From assembly GCA_043821365.1 (NCBI GenBank), contig JBDRCX010000006.1, positions 672,001 through 736,000 on the forward strand: a stretch of 64,000 nt of DNA, given 5' to 3'. Source of the stretch: Candidatus Micrarchaeota archaeon (GTDB taxonomy: Archaea > Micrarchaeota > Micrarchaeia > Anstonellales > Bilamarchaeaceae). The notes beneath the pieces were generated by a model. The model saw only the letters and a program-made list of their open reading frames with translations, ran no database searches and was not told where the DNA came from. Numbering within the stretch: the stretch's first letter is position 1; each line of letters begins with the position of its first letter. A program made the translations under genes and the position numbers. This document shows positions 48,185-58,089 of the stretch, in pieces.

Positions 48185-48379
48185 CTAAACACGTGGATAA
48201 CGTAACACATTTTGCACAATATCCACATGAGACATAAACATACGTCTACAACAATAACGATCAACACCAAGTTCATCCATTATCACATCTGGTTTTTTGT
48301 CATTTAAAGACATCTTATATTGTTCATACAAGTGTCCAATGACAGAACCACACGTGAAACATCTTACTGGAAATTCCAT
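48185..48379 (-). CDS. rpoN: RNA polymerase subunit N (Rpo10)
   Basis: PVRCFTCG...RYCCRRM. Confidence 0.97.
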   Translation of the reverse strand: MEFPVRCFTCGSVIGHLYEQYKMSLNDKKPDVIMDELGVDRYCCRRMFMSHVDIVQNVLRYPRV

Positions 48380-48519
48380 TTTTATTCACCTCATCGAAAT
48401 TCCTATTTCGATTAAGTAAAAATGTACATGCATTTTTACACTGCGCTTTTTAGAAAAAAGCGCGCAAAAATTTTTTATTTATTTTGGGGTGTGGGGTCTC
48501 CCCCACAAACAAACCAAAA

Positions 48520-49245
48520 TCACCTGTATGATTTTTGGAACCTGGCCCTTGCCTTTGGTCCACGGAACTTCTTTGGTTCAACCCGTCTTGTATCATCAAC
48601 TATTAATGAACGATCGATTGTAATGAATTTTTCCTTAAGGTTCATCTCATCAAAGTATGCTACTAGTGCGTTTGCTATTGCTGTTCTTGCTGCTTGTGCT
48701 TGGCCCATCACTCCACCGCCATTAACATTGACTGCAATGTCTATGTTATTTGCTTCTGGACCAACGTACTTTATTGGCTCTCTTATTATTTCTCTTATGT
48801 AAGAATTGTTAATTGATTCAATGTTTCTGCTGTTCAATCGTATTACTCCTTTGCCTTTAGTTATTGTTGCACGTGCTACGCTCTCTTTTCTTTTTCCTCT
48901 TGTAACAAAAACTTTTGTTTCTATTTTTTTCGATGGTTTCTTTCTTTTCTTTTTTGGACTTGGTTTTTTCTCTTCTGTTTTGTGTTCGTGAGTTTCTTTT
49001 TTCTCTTCGTGTTTATGTTCTACATGGGTGTGTGCCTTTTTCTCAGGTACTTCGTGTTTATGTTCTGTGTGTTTGTGCTCTTCTTTCTTTTCATGCTCCT
49101 CATGCTTTTTTTCATGAACATGTTTATGTTCTACATGAGTGTGCGCTTCCTTCTTTTCATGAGCTTCTTTTTTCTCATGTTTAGTGGTGTGAGTTCCTTC
49201 CTTCTTTGTTCTTTTCTTTTTTCCTTCTTTAGTCATGATCATCAA
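48520..49245 (-). CDS. rps9: 30S ribosomal protein S9 with about 105-aa His/Lys/Glu-rich N-terminal extension
   Basis: GKRKESVARA, GGGVMGQAQAARTAIA, RRVEPKKFRGPKARARFQKSYR. Confidence 0.95.
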   Translation of the reverse strand: MMIMTKEGKKKRTKKEGTHTTKHEKKEAHEKKEAHTHVEHKHVHEKKHEEHEKKEEHKHTEHKHEVPEKKAHTHVEHKHEEKKETHEHKTEEKKPSPKKKRKKPSKKIETKVFVTRGKRKESVARATITKGKGVIRLNSRNIESINNSYIREIIREPIKYVGPEANNIDIAVNVNGGGVMGQAQAARTAIANALVAYFDEMNLKEKFITIDRSLIVDDTRRVEPKKFRGPKARARFQKSYR

Positions 49246-49667
49246 CCCGAATAACCTATACTTTTACAGATCTCGTAGATAGTAACATGCTTGGAAATGC
49301 CATCATAGTCTGCATTTTCTATTTTCATGTTTACTTCCATGTTCTTTGGATTACCAGTATGAACTCTTAGTCTTCCCAAAGCAATCTTTCCTCTGCTACT
49401 TTTCATTGGTAGCATTCCTCTTATCATTCGTTTAACAAATAAGTGTGGAATTTTTGGCCAAGTCGGAGACTTCTCAGGTGTACCTTTGTGCTTAAGACCT
49501 CTTTTTGTCAAATATCTTTGTGTTATTTCTTTTGGATTTCCATTTATCACTATTTTCTCAGCATTTATTAAATGGATTTCATCTCCGTTTATGAGTTTCT
49601 TTGCAATCTGACTTGCAAGCCTTCCAAAAATCATATTCTCTCCATTAATGACATTCATGAATATCAC
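49242..49667 (-). CDS. rpl13: 50S ribosomal protein L13
   Basis: FGRLASQIAK, KRMIRGMLP. Confidence 0.95.
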   Translation of the reverse strand: MIFMNVINGENMIFGRLASQIAKKLINGDEIHLINAEKIVINGNPKEITQRYLTKRGLKHKGTPEKSPTWPKIPHLFVKRMIRGMLPMKSSRGKIALGRLRVHTGNPKNMEVNMKIENADYDGISKHVTIYEICKSIGYSG

Positions 49668-50020
49668 TTTAGTATGACAACTCCCTTTCCATCGGGGTTA
49701 GTCTTTTTTAGGCTTTCAATTGTAATCGCCTGTCCGCCAGCCATGCTGATCAACTGTCTTGCACTTTCGCTAAAAGCAAATGCTGCCACAGTGATCTTTT
49801 TTGAAACATTTCCAGAACCAAGTACTTTTCCTGGAACAAGAATTGTTTCATCTCCTTCTGCATACGCATCAATCTTACTTAGATTTACCTCTATCTTCTT
49901 TCGCCTTGGTTTTGAAAGCTCATAAGCTACCTTTTTCCAAAGCGGTTTGTCAGTTTTCATCAGATCTACAATCAAAGATTTAAGGATCTGATTATCTTTT
50001 TGTCTTTTCATATTCGCCAC
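49664..50020 (-). CDS. rpl18e: 50S ribosomal protein L18e
   Basis: VNLSKI, LVPGKVLGSG, AAFAFSESA. Confidence 0.95.
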   Translation of the reverse strand: MANMKRQKDNQILKSLIVDLMKTDKPLWKKVAYELSKPRRKKIEVNLSKIDAYAEGDETILVPGKVLGSGNVSKKITVAAFAFSESARQLISMAGGQAITIESLKKTNPDGKGVVILK

Positions 50021-50154
50021 CTACGGCTCGCCCCTGTTTTAGAGCAGGGACTCTACCTTGAATAAGCGTTATTATAACGTTAGGGAACATTTAAAATGCT
50101 AATGATAACTCGTTTATGTCCTAATTATATAAAAAAGAAAATAAAATAAAGAAA

Positions 50155-50541
50155 TTATGCTGGTCTTGCCAGGTCATATATTTGTTTCAATGCAACCACG
50201 AACGCTGCCGGAGCAACGAATACGCTAAGTGCACTTAGGAACTGATATACAAAGACTCCTAAAGGACCCGTCATACCGCCAGTTACCTCGCTCATCTTAG
50301 CCACAACTTCGTTAATAGAATTCATTACCATCAGGAGGGCTATGGTCGCGACGAGGAATTGCATAATTTCTTTGTCCGATATGTTCATAAGGCCTACAAT
50401 AATACCCAACAAACCCAATACTGCAAGTACCAATGGCAATGCAGTTCCAAGCATGTTTGAGGCTAGACCTATCACAATGGCAATAACAAATCCACCAAGG
50501 AATGCATATTGGCCATAGTTAACTGTTGTTGATTTTCCCAT
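50155..50541 (-). CDS. Conserved small membrane protein
   Basis: Four TM helices; GLMNISDKE motif. Confidence 0.65.
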   Translation of the reverse strand: MGKSTTVNYGQYAFLGGFVIAIVIGLASNMLGTALPLVLAVLGLLGIIVGLMNISDKEIMQFLVATIALLMVMNSINEVVAKMSEVTGGMTGPLGVFVYQFLSALSVFVAPAAFVVALKQIYDLARPA

Positions 50542-50623
50542 TTTACTATCACCTCGATTGACCAGTAAAACGATAACTAGATTTTAAAATCCTCCGATTG
50601 CCCTTCGTCAATTGTACTGGTTT

Positions 50624-51466
50624 TTATAGTAAAATTGCTAGAAATAGACCAGACATTCCCAACAAAAACGACACCAAGCTTGCATCTCTTGCAAATTTTA
50701 GTTTGTTGTTTATTGCTTTGTAACAAATCAACAGTATGATAATATCGGCTATAACGATGAGTGTACCTGGTATAATGCTCATCGTCAGCCCAACTAAAAA
50801 CGGTGCCGCGCTTAGGGGTATAAATAAAATATATAATATTGCTGCAATCAACAATGCAGGTTGTTTTCCAATCACTATGGGGAGTGTTTTTGATTTTCTT
50901 GCTTTTCTATCTCCTTCCATATCCTGTATTGATTTTATTATTTCCCTTGCTAGACCAGCTACAAAACCTAATAGTGCCAGAATAATTGCAAGAAGAGATA
51001 AAGAATTTGAAACCACAAAATTTCCAAAGATAAATGGTATTGCCATTGTTAATGCGATGTAAACATTTCCAAGTAATGGCAAGTCTTTCAATTTCCAATT
51101 ATATAATATGGCAAAAAGATTGAATAGAATGACAATCGCAAATACTATATAGTTAATATAATATGCAAATACCACTGATGCTATTAGCGAGAGTATCGAG
51201 AAATACAATGCAAATTCCTTTGTTATTGTACCATCAACTAAAGGCCTGTTCTTTGCTTTGTTTAATCTATCTGTTTCAATATCAAAATAGTCATTCAATG
51301 CAAAAGAACCCATCTCACTGAAGATTGGAACCAATAAAGATAGGATTATTATAGGGGATACTAGGGGTAAGGAACCAAGAACAATGGTTTCTGCTATCAA
51401 AACTGCAAAAGCAAGCATTATTGCATGCTCGAATCTTGTGAGTTTTATGAATTCCTTTAGGAACAT
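50624..51466 (-). CDS. UbiA prenyltransferase (digeranylgeranylglyceryl phosphate synthase-like)
   Basis: NDYFDIETDRLNK.NRPL, REIIKSIQDMEGD. Confidence 0.88.
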   Translation of the reverse strand: MFLKEFIKLTRFEHAIMLAFAVLIAETIVLGSLPLVSPIIILSLLVPIFSEMGSFALNDYFDIETDRLNKAKNRPLVDGTITKEFALYFSILSLIASVVFAYYINYIVFAIVILFNLFAILYNWKLKDLPLLGNVYIALTMAIPFIFGNFVVSNSLSLLAIILALLGFVAGLAREIIKSIQDMEGDRKARKSKTLPIVIGKQPALLIAAILYILFIPLSAAPFLVGLTMSIIPGTLIVIADIIILLICYKAINNKLKFARDASLVSFLLGMSGLFLAILL

Positions 51467-51537
51467 AATCTTACCTTGTTGTTTTAGTTTAAAACATTAT
51501 CCACTTTCAAATCAATCACATCTTTTGATTCAGTTAA

Positions 51538-52074
51538 TTGTTGGTTCACACACTTTTTTATAATTATTTCTGTGTAATATCATTCCAGGGGGATTTTATG
51601 AAAGAGATTATAGACGAAATCGATAAGAAAATTTTGGCTGTTTTGATTGACAATTCAAAAACACAGTTGAAAAAACTGTCAAAAACTTTGAGAATACACC
51701 CAAATACTCTGTTACAACGCATCAAAAAATTGGAGCATGAAAATATTTTGATGAAATATTCTGCAGTTGTTAATTTTACAAAAATTGATAGAAGAATGCA
51801 AGCTTTGATGTTTTTAGATGTTGATATGACAAAAGGCTGGGAGGAAGCAATTAGGCCATTGGCTAAATTACCAGAGGTTGTTTCTTTTTTACTAATCACT
51901 GGGGATCATGATGTTTTGATAATTGCAAGAGTTAAGGATGAATATCATTTGGGGGATTTGATGAGAAGATTTCAGGCAACTAAAGTTGTGAAAAAAACAA
52001 CAACTCATTTGATTGTAGATACTTATAGGGAACCATACGAGTATAATCCTTTGAGGGATGAATTGAGGTTTTAA
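51538..52074 (+). CDS. Lrp/AsnC family regulator (true start probably MKEIID)
   Basis: IDEIDKKIL, HPNTLLQRIKKLE, ITGDHD. Confidence 0.9.
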   Translation: MLVHTLFYNYFCVISFQGDFMKEIIDEIDKKILAVLIDNSKTQLKKLSKTLRIHPNTLLQRIKKLEHENILMKYSAVVNFTKIDRRMQALMFLDVDMTKGWEEAIRPLAKLPEVVSFLLITGDHDVLIIARVKDEYHLGDLMRRFQATKVVKKTTTHLIVDTYREPYEYNPLRDELRF

Positions 52075-53051
52075 TTTTTCACAAATAAATGCAATCTCAT
52101 GGAATGGAATTCATCAATTGGAGCTACTGCTCTTTCTTCTAGTTTTGTGAAACCATTTGTTATAAAGTGACCTATTAACTCTCCCGGGTGTTTTAGGGGT
52201 CTAACTATTGCATCAAGAAATAATGCTATGTCTAATGGTAAAACTGGAGAAATCCTAAATGGATCTTCTTCAATCACAACTGCAATTCCACCAGTAACCA
52301 AAGCATCTTTAATAGCCCTAACCATTCTGGGTTTATCATCATTACTAATCAAATGAAACGTTTGTGAACAAACAACTGTTCTAAATCCTCCAATAGAAAA
52401 ATCATAAGCACTCATGTTTGTGTGTCTAATATCTATTCCTAATTTCTCCCGTGCTTTTTCAAGCATCTTTGGTGAAACCTCATTAATATGAACAGGTTGA
52501 ATTTCCTGTTCTGGTGCTAACAATGCATGGTCAATACCAGCAGCTCTCATAATTCTACTTCGTTCTAAAATCTCTTGAACATATCTCATTGGTTCTCCAG
52601 TTCCTGCTGTCAAATCAACTATTGGAGTTCTAAGAAAAGGGGCAGCATATTGCAAAACAGTTCTTATTGCCTGGTAATGTCTTGTTTCTATTCCCATGTG
52701 CTGATCATACCTATCTGAAAACTGATCATAAAGCATTGCAAAAAATCTTACTCTCTGTGCAAGATTAAAACTATCATAAATTTGTTTTATTGCAGCCTGC
52801 GCTTTTTCGATCACAATATCTCTTTTTCTTTTTTCAACTGCAAATTCATTTACTAATCTGAATAAGTTTGGGACACTTACTGTTCTTGGGTCAGCTGCTA
52901 ATAATTCTAAAATTGGTCGAGGTAATCTTTCCTGTTGTCTTTGTACTCGTCTCCCACCCATCACTACTACTGTTGTTATGGAAGGTTTAAAATGGTTATA
53001 ATTAACATGACTATCTAAAAATCTAATCATCGATTTATATCCATGGACCAA
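52071..53051 (-). CDS. Class I SAM-dependent methyltransferase
   Basis: VDLTAGTG, NEVSPKML, CSQTFHLI, GGIAVVIEED. Confidence 0.8.
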   Translation of the reverse strand: MVHGYKSMIRFLDSHVNYNHFKPSITTVVVMGGRRVQRQQERLPRPILELLAADPRTVSVPNLFRLVNEFAVEKRKRDIVIEKAQAAIKQIYDSFNLAQRVRFFAMLYDQFSDRYDQHMGIETRHYQAIRTVLQYAAPFLRTPIVDLTAGTGEPMRYVQEILERSRIMRAAGIDHALLAPEQEIQPVHINEVSPKMLEKAREKLGIDIRHTNMSAYDFSIGGFRTVVCSQTFHLISNDDKPRMVRAIKDALVTGGIAVVIEEDPFRISPVLPLDIALFLDAIVRPLKHPGELIGHFITNGFTKLEERAVAPIDEFHSMRLHLFVKN

Positions 53052-53990
53052 TACAAAGTTGAAATAATTTCAAGAGAAGAAAAAAATCAATTAATGGAAA
53101 AACATGTTTCAAAAAATCTCCACGAAAGAAAAGCAATTATTCATGGAACATGTGTGAAATTCTTTACTGATAATCATGAGTTCAAAGACATGTGGGAAGA
53201 TAATTTTGATCTAATGCCTGATTGGATAAGACCACACGCAAGGCTATTTGCAATTTCTGGTCCAAAGCTAAAAGTATTATACGAACCATTTTCAAAAACA
53301 GTTATCATTGAAGGTTGCAACTACTATGGCTGGGTAAAAAGTATTGCATTAGCACTAGTAGCAGATTTTATGGAAGATTTTACCTCTGAACATCGAAGAT
53401 ATTCAGTCCATGGTTCTTTTGTTGATGTTGGTGGGAGAGGTTTAGCCATAATCGGTCCTTCTGGAAGTGGAAAAACAACCTTAACATATGGTCTTCTTCT
53501 AGATAAAAAATCAAACTTTGTTACTGATGATTGGTTTTTTGTTAGGCTAGCACAAAATGAAACATCGGTATATTCATCTGAAAAGAATTCCTATATTCGT
53601 GGAGATCTTGAAAACAGCTGGCCAGAATACAAAAATAAACTCAAAGGAATAAAGAAAGACAAACAGGATCGTGCAATTGTTGATGTAAAACAATTAATTG
53701 GCGGAGATCGAATAAAACAAGAATCAATTCTTTCACTGACTATTCTTTTAACAAGAGACAAAAAGTTGCCAGTTGAAACAAAACTAGACAAATATGAGGC
53801 ACTTGAATTTATGATGGATAATGACTTTTGCAATCCGCATCAATTAATTAGAAACGAAGAAAAATCAAAACAAAGAATAAGCTTTTTCCGTGAATTATTT
53901 AGCCGTACTCCTGTTTATTTACTAAACACAATAGAAACACCAGAACAAAGTTTAACAAGACTTAAAACACTTATAAAAAAAGAGGTCTAA
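53043..53990 (+). CDS. HPr kinase/PEPCK-like P-loop protein
   Basis: VHGS, IIGPSGSGKTT, FVTDDW. Confidence 0.7.
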   Translation: MDQYKVEIISREEKNQLMEKHVSKNLHERKAIIHGTCVKFFTDNHEFKDMWEDNFDLMPDWIRPHARLFAISGPKLKVLYEPFSKTVIIEGCNYYGWVKSIALALVADFMEDFTSEHRRYSVHGSFVDVGGRGLAIIGPSGSGKTTLTYGLLLDKKSNFVTDDWFFVRLAQNETSVYSSEKNSYIRGDLENSWPEYKNKLKGIKKDKQDRAIVDVKQLIGGDRIKQESILSLTILLTRDKKLPVETKLDKYEALEFMMDNDFCNPHQLIRNEEKSKQRISFFRELFSRTPVYLLNTIETPEQSLTRLKTLIKKEV

Positions 53991-53991
53991 T

Positions 53992-54828
53992 ATGAAAATC
54001 GCATTAATCCAAATGAGTATGACGGACAACCAAGACGAAAACCTTTCAAAAGCATTACAATTTATCAAAGAAGCATCAGAAAAAGGTGCAAAAATTATTT
54101 GTCTCCCCGAACTTTTCACATCAACTTATTTTCCACAAGAAGAAAATGTAAATACAGAAAAATTTACTGAATCAATTCCAGGGAAGAGTCATGATCTACT
54201 TTCAAAAGCAGCAAAAGATAATCAAGTTGTCATAATAGGCGGTTCAATATTTGAGAAAGCAGACAAACTTTACAACACTTCAATGGTTTTCGATGAAAAT
54301 GGAAAACTTCTTGGAAATTATAGAAAAATACACATCCCATATGATGAAAAATTCTATGAAAAAAATTATTTTGAAAAAGGAGATCTTGGTTACAAAGTTT
54401 TTGAGACAAAATATGGCAGAATAGCTGTTCTAATCTGCTATGATCAATGGTTTCCAGAGGCAGCAAGAATTGTTTCCTTAATGGGGGCGGATATGATATT
54501 CTATCCAACTGCAATTGGTATTTGTGATTCAATCAAACAAACAGAAGGAAATTGGCAAGAAGCTTGGGAAGGTGTCCAAAGAGGGCATGCAATTGCAAAC
54601 GGGGTTGTAGTTGCAGGGGTTAACAGAGTTGGAAAAGAAGGCGAAACTAATTTTTGGGGAGGTTCCTTTGTATATTCTCAGTTTGGTACATTGATTACCA
54701 AAGCAGATGATACTGAAGGAGTTGTCATTGCAGAAATAAACACAGAACTTGGAAAAGAGGTCAAAGAAGGATGGGGGCTTTTCCATAATAGAAGACCAGA
54801 AACTTATCAAAAAATAACCGAGAAATGA
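53992..54828 (+). CDS. aguB: N-carbamoylputrescine amidase (nitrilase superfamily)
   Basis: LPELF, YRKIHIP, ICYDQWFPEAAR, YPTAIG, RGHAIAN, RRPETY. Confidence 0.85.
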   Translation: MKIALIQMSMTDNQDENLSKALQFIKEASEKGAKIICLPELFTSTYFPQEENVNTEKFTESIPGKSHDLLSKAAKDNQVVIIGGSIFEKADKLYNTSMVFDENGKLLGNYRKIHIPYDEKFYEKNYFEKGDLGYKVFETKYGRIAVLICYDQWFPEAARIVSLMGADMIFYPTAIGICDSIKQTEGNWQEAWEGVQRGHAIANGVVVAGVNRVGKEGETNFWGGSFVYSQFGTLITKADDTEGVVIAEINTELGKEVKEGWGLFHNRRPETYQKITEK

Positions 54829-54847
54829 TTATAATCATTCTTTACAA

Positions 54848-55873
54848 ATGAGATTTATGGATAAATACCGAATGCCTGCGGAATGGGAACAACATGAAGC
54901 AACCTGGCTATCCTGGCCAAAAGATCCTGAGACATTCCCCGATCAAATCTTGCCTAAAGTTGAGAAAATCTACATTGAAATGATAAAAGCACTTCATGAA
55001 AAAGAAAAAGTGCATGTTCTTGTTAATGATGAAAAAACTCAAATAAAAGTTCAAAAACTATTAGATGAAGCAGGAGTTAAAAATAATGTTATTATCCATA
55101 AAATCAAAACAGTTGACGTGTGGATGCGTGATTATGGCCCTATTTTCGTAAAAAACAATAGCAAAATAAAAATGACAAAATGGATTTTCAATGCATGGGG
55201 TGGAAAATACGAACAACTTATGCATGATAATTCTGTTGTTGATCAAATGATTCCTCTACTTGGAGATATTGAAGTTACCAAACCAGGAATCATTTTAGAG
55301 GGTGGTTCAATTGAAGTAAATGGTAATGGAACTTTACTAACAACAGAACAATGTTTACTCAATCAGAATAGAAATAAACACCTAAACAAAGAACAAATTG
55401 AAGATTATCTTAAACAACATCTTGGGGTTTCACATATAATTTGGTTGAAAGAAGGAATAGCTGGTGATGATACTGATGGTCATATAGATGACATTGCAAG
55501 GTTTGTTGGACCAAACACAATTCTATGTGCAACTGAACAAACAAAATCAGATGACAACCACCAGATCCTGAATCATAATTTAGAAACACTGAAAAATGCA
55601 AAAAATGAAAAAGGCGAACCGTTCGAAGTTAAAGAACTTCCTATGCCAGGCCGGGTTGATTCACCATACGGAAGATTACCTGCAAGTTATGCTAATTTCT
55701 ACATAGGAAATGGTGTGGTCTTACTCCCAACCTTTAATCATAAAAATGATCAAAAGGCAATCTCAATTCTTGAGGAAAATTTTCCTAATCGTAAAGTTGT
55801 TCCAATCTATTGCGAACCATTGGTGTGGGGACTAGGCGCAATCCATTGCGTTACGCAGCAGCAGCCCATTTAA
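54848..55873 (+). CDS. aguA: Agmatine deiminase
   Basis: MPAEWE, WMRDYGP, LEGGSI, DDTDGHID, ASYANFY, GAIHCVTQQ. Confidence 0.93.
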   Translation: MRFMDKYRMPAEWEQHEATWLSWPKDPETFPDQILPKVEKIYIEMIKALHEKEKVHVLVNDEKTQIKVQKLLDEAGVKNNVIIHKIKTVDVWMRDYGPIFVKNNSKIKMTKWIFNAWGGKYEQLMHDNSVVDQMIPLLGDIEVTKPGIILEGGSIEVNGNGTLLTTEQCLLNQNRNKHLNKEQIEDYLKQHLGVSHIIWLKEGIAGDDTDGHIDDIARFVGPNTILCATEQTKSDDNHQILNHNLETLKNAKNEKGEPFEVKELPMPGRVDSPYGRLPASYANFYIGNGVVLLPTFNHKNDQKAISILEENFPNRKVVPIYCEPLVWGLGAIHCVTQQQPI

Positions 55874-55905
55874 ATATTAGTGTTGTTAGTGTCACAGGTG
55901 AAAGA

Positions 55906-56184
55906 ATGGTAGCGAAAAAAACAAAAAAAGTAGAGAAAATTGAAGAATGTTGCTGCGAAGATCCATCTTGTTTAAATACAGTAGAACGTCCACCTATGAG
56001 TGGTATGTGTTATGCTATAGGGGGCATTCTTGCAATGTTTGCCGGGGTAGTCTTTCTCCTTGGAGCTTTCGGGAGTGTTGATACTATGACAGTTTACATA
56101 GCTGCAGGTATTCTTCTTGTATTCCATGGATTGGGGGGAGTTCTTCACGTTATTCGCGGATGTCCAATGTGCAAACCTAAATAA
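55906..56184 (+). CDS. Small Cys-containing membrane protein
   Basis: EECCCED, two TMs, CPMCK. Confidence 0.6.
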   Translation: MVAKKTKKVEKIEECCCEDPSCLNTVERPPMSGMCYAIGGILAMFAGVVFLLGAFGSVDTMTVYIAAGILLVFHGLGGVLHVIRGCPMCKPK

Positions 56185-56189
56185 TTTTT

Positions 56190-56963
56190 TTATTTCTTAT
56201 GCATTTTGAAATAATCTTCAACATGCATTTGTAATTCTTTATTTGTTTCAAAGCCAAATTTTTGGTGTAACTGAAGCAGGTATGGGTGTGGAGAAAAATG
56301 AGGGACTGTTATTGCATATCCTTCCATATCCATTGATGCTGACTTTGCATCTGCTCCAATATATTTATCATAAACATTTCTGAATCTAGAAGAAGTTGCC
56401 GCTTGTTCTCTTGAGACTATCTTACCTTCGATCTTTTGGTTTAGAAAAGCAAATGCAATTTGTTTTTTCTCAGGTTTTCCTGTGATAAGATTAAGCAATG
56501 GTTTTTCGATCCGAACAACTATCTTTATCTCACCATCGTTTATAGTCATATCATACTCATTTTTTTCAAGATGCAGTAGTAAGAATGATGTAAAAAATTC
56601 CTTTGAATCATGGAAACTTGTTGCTTTGGAAAGTAGGACCAGTCGTTCTCCATGGAAAAAAATCGAACGCATGGCTCCGTGTGCAAATGAGTTCCCCAAT
56701 CTTTCTTCACCAATACTGACATTTTGGAAATAATTATTTGGTACTGCATATGCTGCTCTTGTTTCAAACATAGGGGAAATAAATTTCACCGGCCAGGTCA
56801 TTGAGGAATAAAGACTTCTCGATAATGAAGAAAAACTCTGCGCCATTATCTTTGAATATTCCATCCTTTCTTTGTCTTCTCTATGCATCTTCTCTATGAA
56901 TTCCACATATTCTGGTATATTCTTGGCAGTTTCACAAAATTGGCACATAACTAAAAAAATCAA
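56190..56963 (-). CDS. Hypothetical protein
   Basis: Long ORF starting MCQFCE; no family recognised. Confidence 0.6.
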   Translation of the reverse strand: MIFLVMCQFCETAKNIPEYVEFIEKMHREDKERMEYSKIMAQSFSSLSRSLYSSMTWPVKFISPMFETRAAYAVPNNYFQNVSIGEERLGNSFAHGAMRSIFFHGERLVLLSKATSFHDSKEFFTSFLLLHLEKNEYDMTINDGEIKIVVRIEKPLLNLITGKPEKKQIAFAFLNQKIEGKIVSREQAATSSRFRNVYDKYIGADAKSASMDMEGYAITVPHFSPHPYLLQLHQKFGFETNKELQMHVEDYFKMHKK

Positions 56964-57018
56964 GCTTGGTTTTTAAGTTTATTTATTCTATTATCAATAC
57001 TTTTTAAGGGTTTTAAAC

Positions 57019-58089
57019 ATGAAGAAATCTGATATTATCAAAATAGTAGTCATATTAATCGTAATTGGTTTTCTGACCGAACCATTATGGTTCGGTGGTG
57101 GGTTGCAGAATCTTTTCCAATCTCCCATACAGGCAGCTACCAATGTAACTGGTACTGCAATTTTTAATGGAACCATACGAACATACGATCCCCTCTTATT
57201 CATACAAGGATCTGTTCCTCAGGCTGTTGTAGATAAGCTAAATCTTCGTACAGATGTTACTAGTATGGAACAAACAACAGAAGGAATGCTTATCACAGTT
57301 GATAGTAGGGATAGTGTATATCCATTGGCGGTTTTCTTAAGAACCCTTAACGTTACTTCATACTCAAGGGCAAATATTGTTGTTGATCAAAATATAGAAG
57401 TACAAACACTTACAGGTACAGTAAAAACATTTCTTCCAAATGGGGTAATCCAAGTTATTTGTGAGCCATTGGTTGATGCAGATAATGAGGTTCCTGTTGT
57501 TATGACTGCAGTTTTGCGCAATGACCAAATTGTTGGGTATCAATCTACTAACATTCTAGTGAACAAATCAAATCTGACACTTGATGCTGAAATTTATTCT
57601 CTAAACCAAACAACATACTCATATACAATACCTTGGGAAAGCAGAAATTCTATTGGAAATTTATCTGATTATGGTCTTGCAACATATAAAAAAGTCGATT
57701 CAATTCTGTTTACTCAACCACTCACAACTGATCAAATATTAACAAAGAAATTCTATTCATCTGTTATTTATATCGATTCCAACACTGCCCAAATGGAATC
57801 ACTATTTGATGATATTGACCAATTGGAACAAATATTCTATGATGTTGATTACATATTACCATCATCTACACTCACTATAATATCTGAAGATGAACCTGAT
57901 CTTGAATATAACCACACTTCAACATACAGCTACGTTATTCTTGTCAATTCAAGTTCTTTAACAGAAAATTATTTTTTAGTTAATTCAACTAATTACTACC
58001 AGATCGGTGATACATTAAAAATAGAAATAGAAACACTATCATTGGGGGATAAAGTTATTGAGATTAAACGTGTCTCCCTCCCATCCTAA
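57019..58089 (+). CDS. Membrane-anchored hypothetical protein
   Basis: N-terminal TM; long extracellular region. Confidence 0.65.
   Translation: MKKSDIIKIVVILIVIGFLTEPLWFGGGLQNLFQSPIQAATNVTGTAIFNGTIRTYDPLLFIQGSVPQAVVDKLNLRTDVTSMEQTTEGMLITVDSRDSVYPLAVFLRTLNVTSYSRANIVVDQNIEVQTLTGTVKTFLPNGVIQVICEPLVDADNEVPVVMTAVLRNDQIVGYQSTNILVNKSNLTLDAEIYSLNQTTYSYTIPWESRNSIGNLSDYGLATYKKVDSILFTQPLTTDQILTKKFYSSVIYIDSNTAQMESLFDDIDQLEQIFYDVDYILPSSTLTIISEDEPDLEYNHTSTYSYVILVNSSSLTENYFLVNSTNYYQIGDTLKIEIETLSLGDKVIEIKRVSLPS

Noticed and set aside
48915-49254. Phe/Val/Met-rich plus-strand ORFs that look like membrane proteins
   Set aside because: Antisense shadows of the His/Lys/Glu repeat in rps9.
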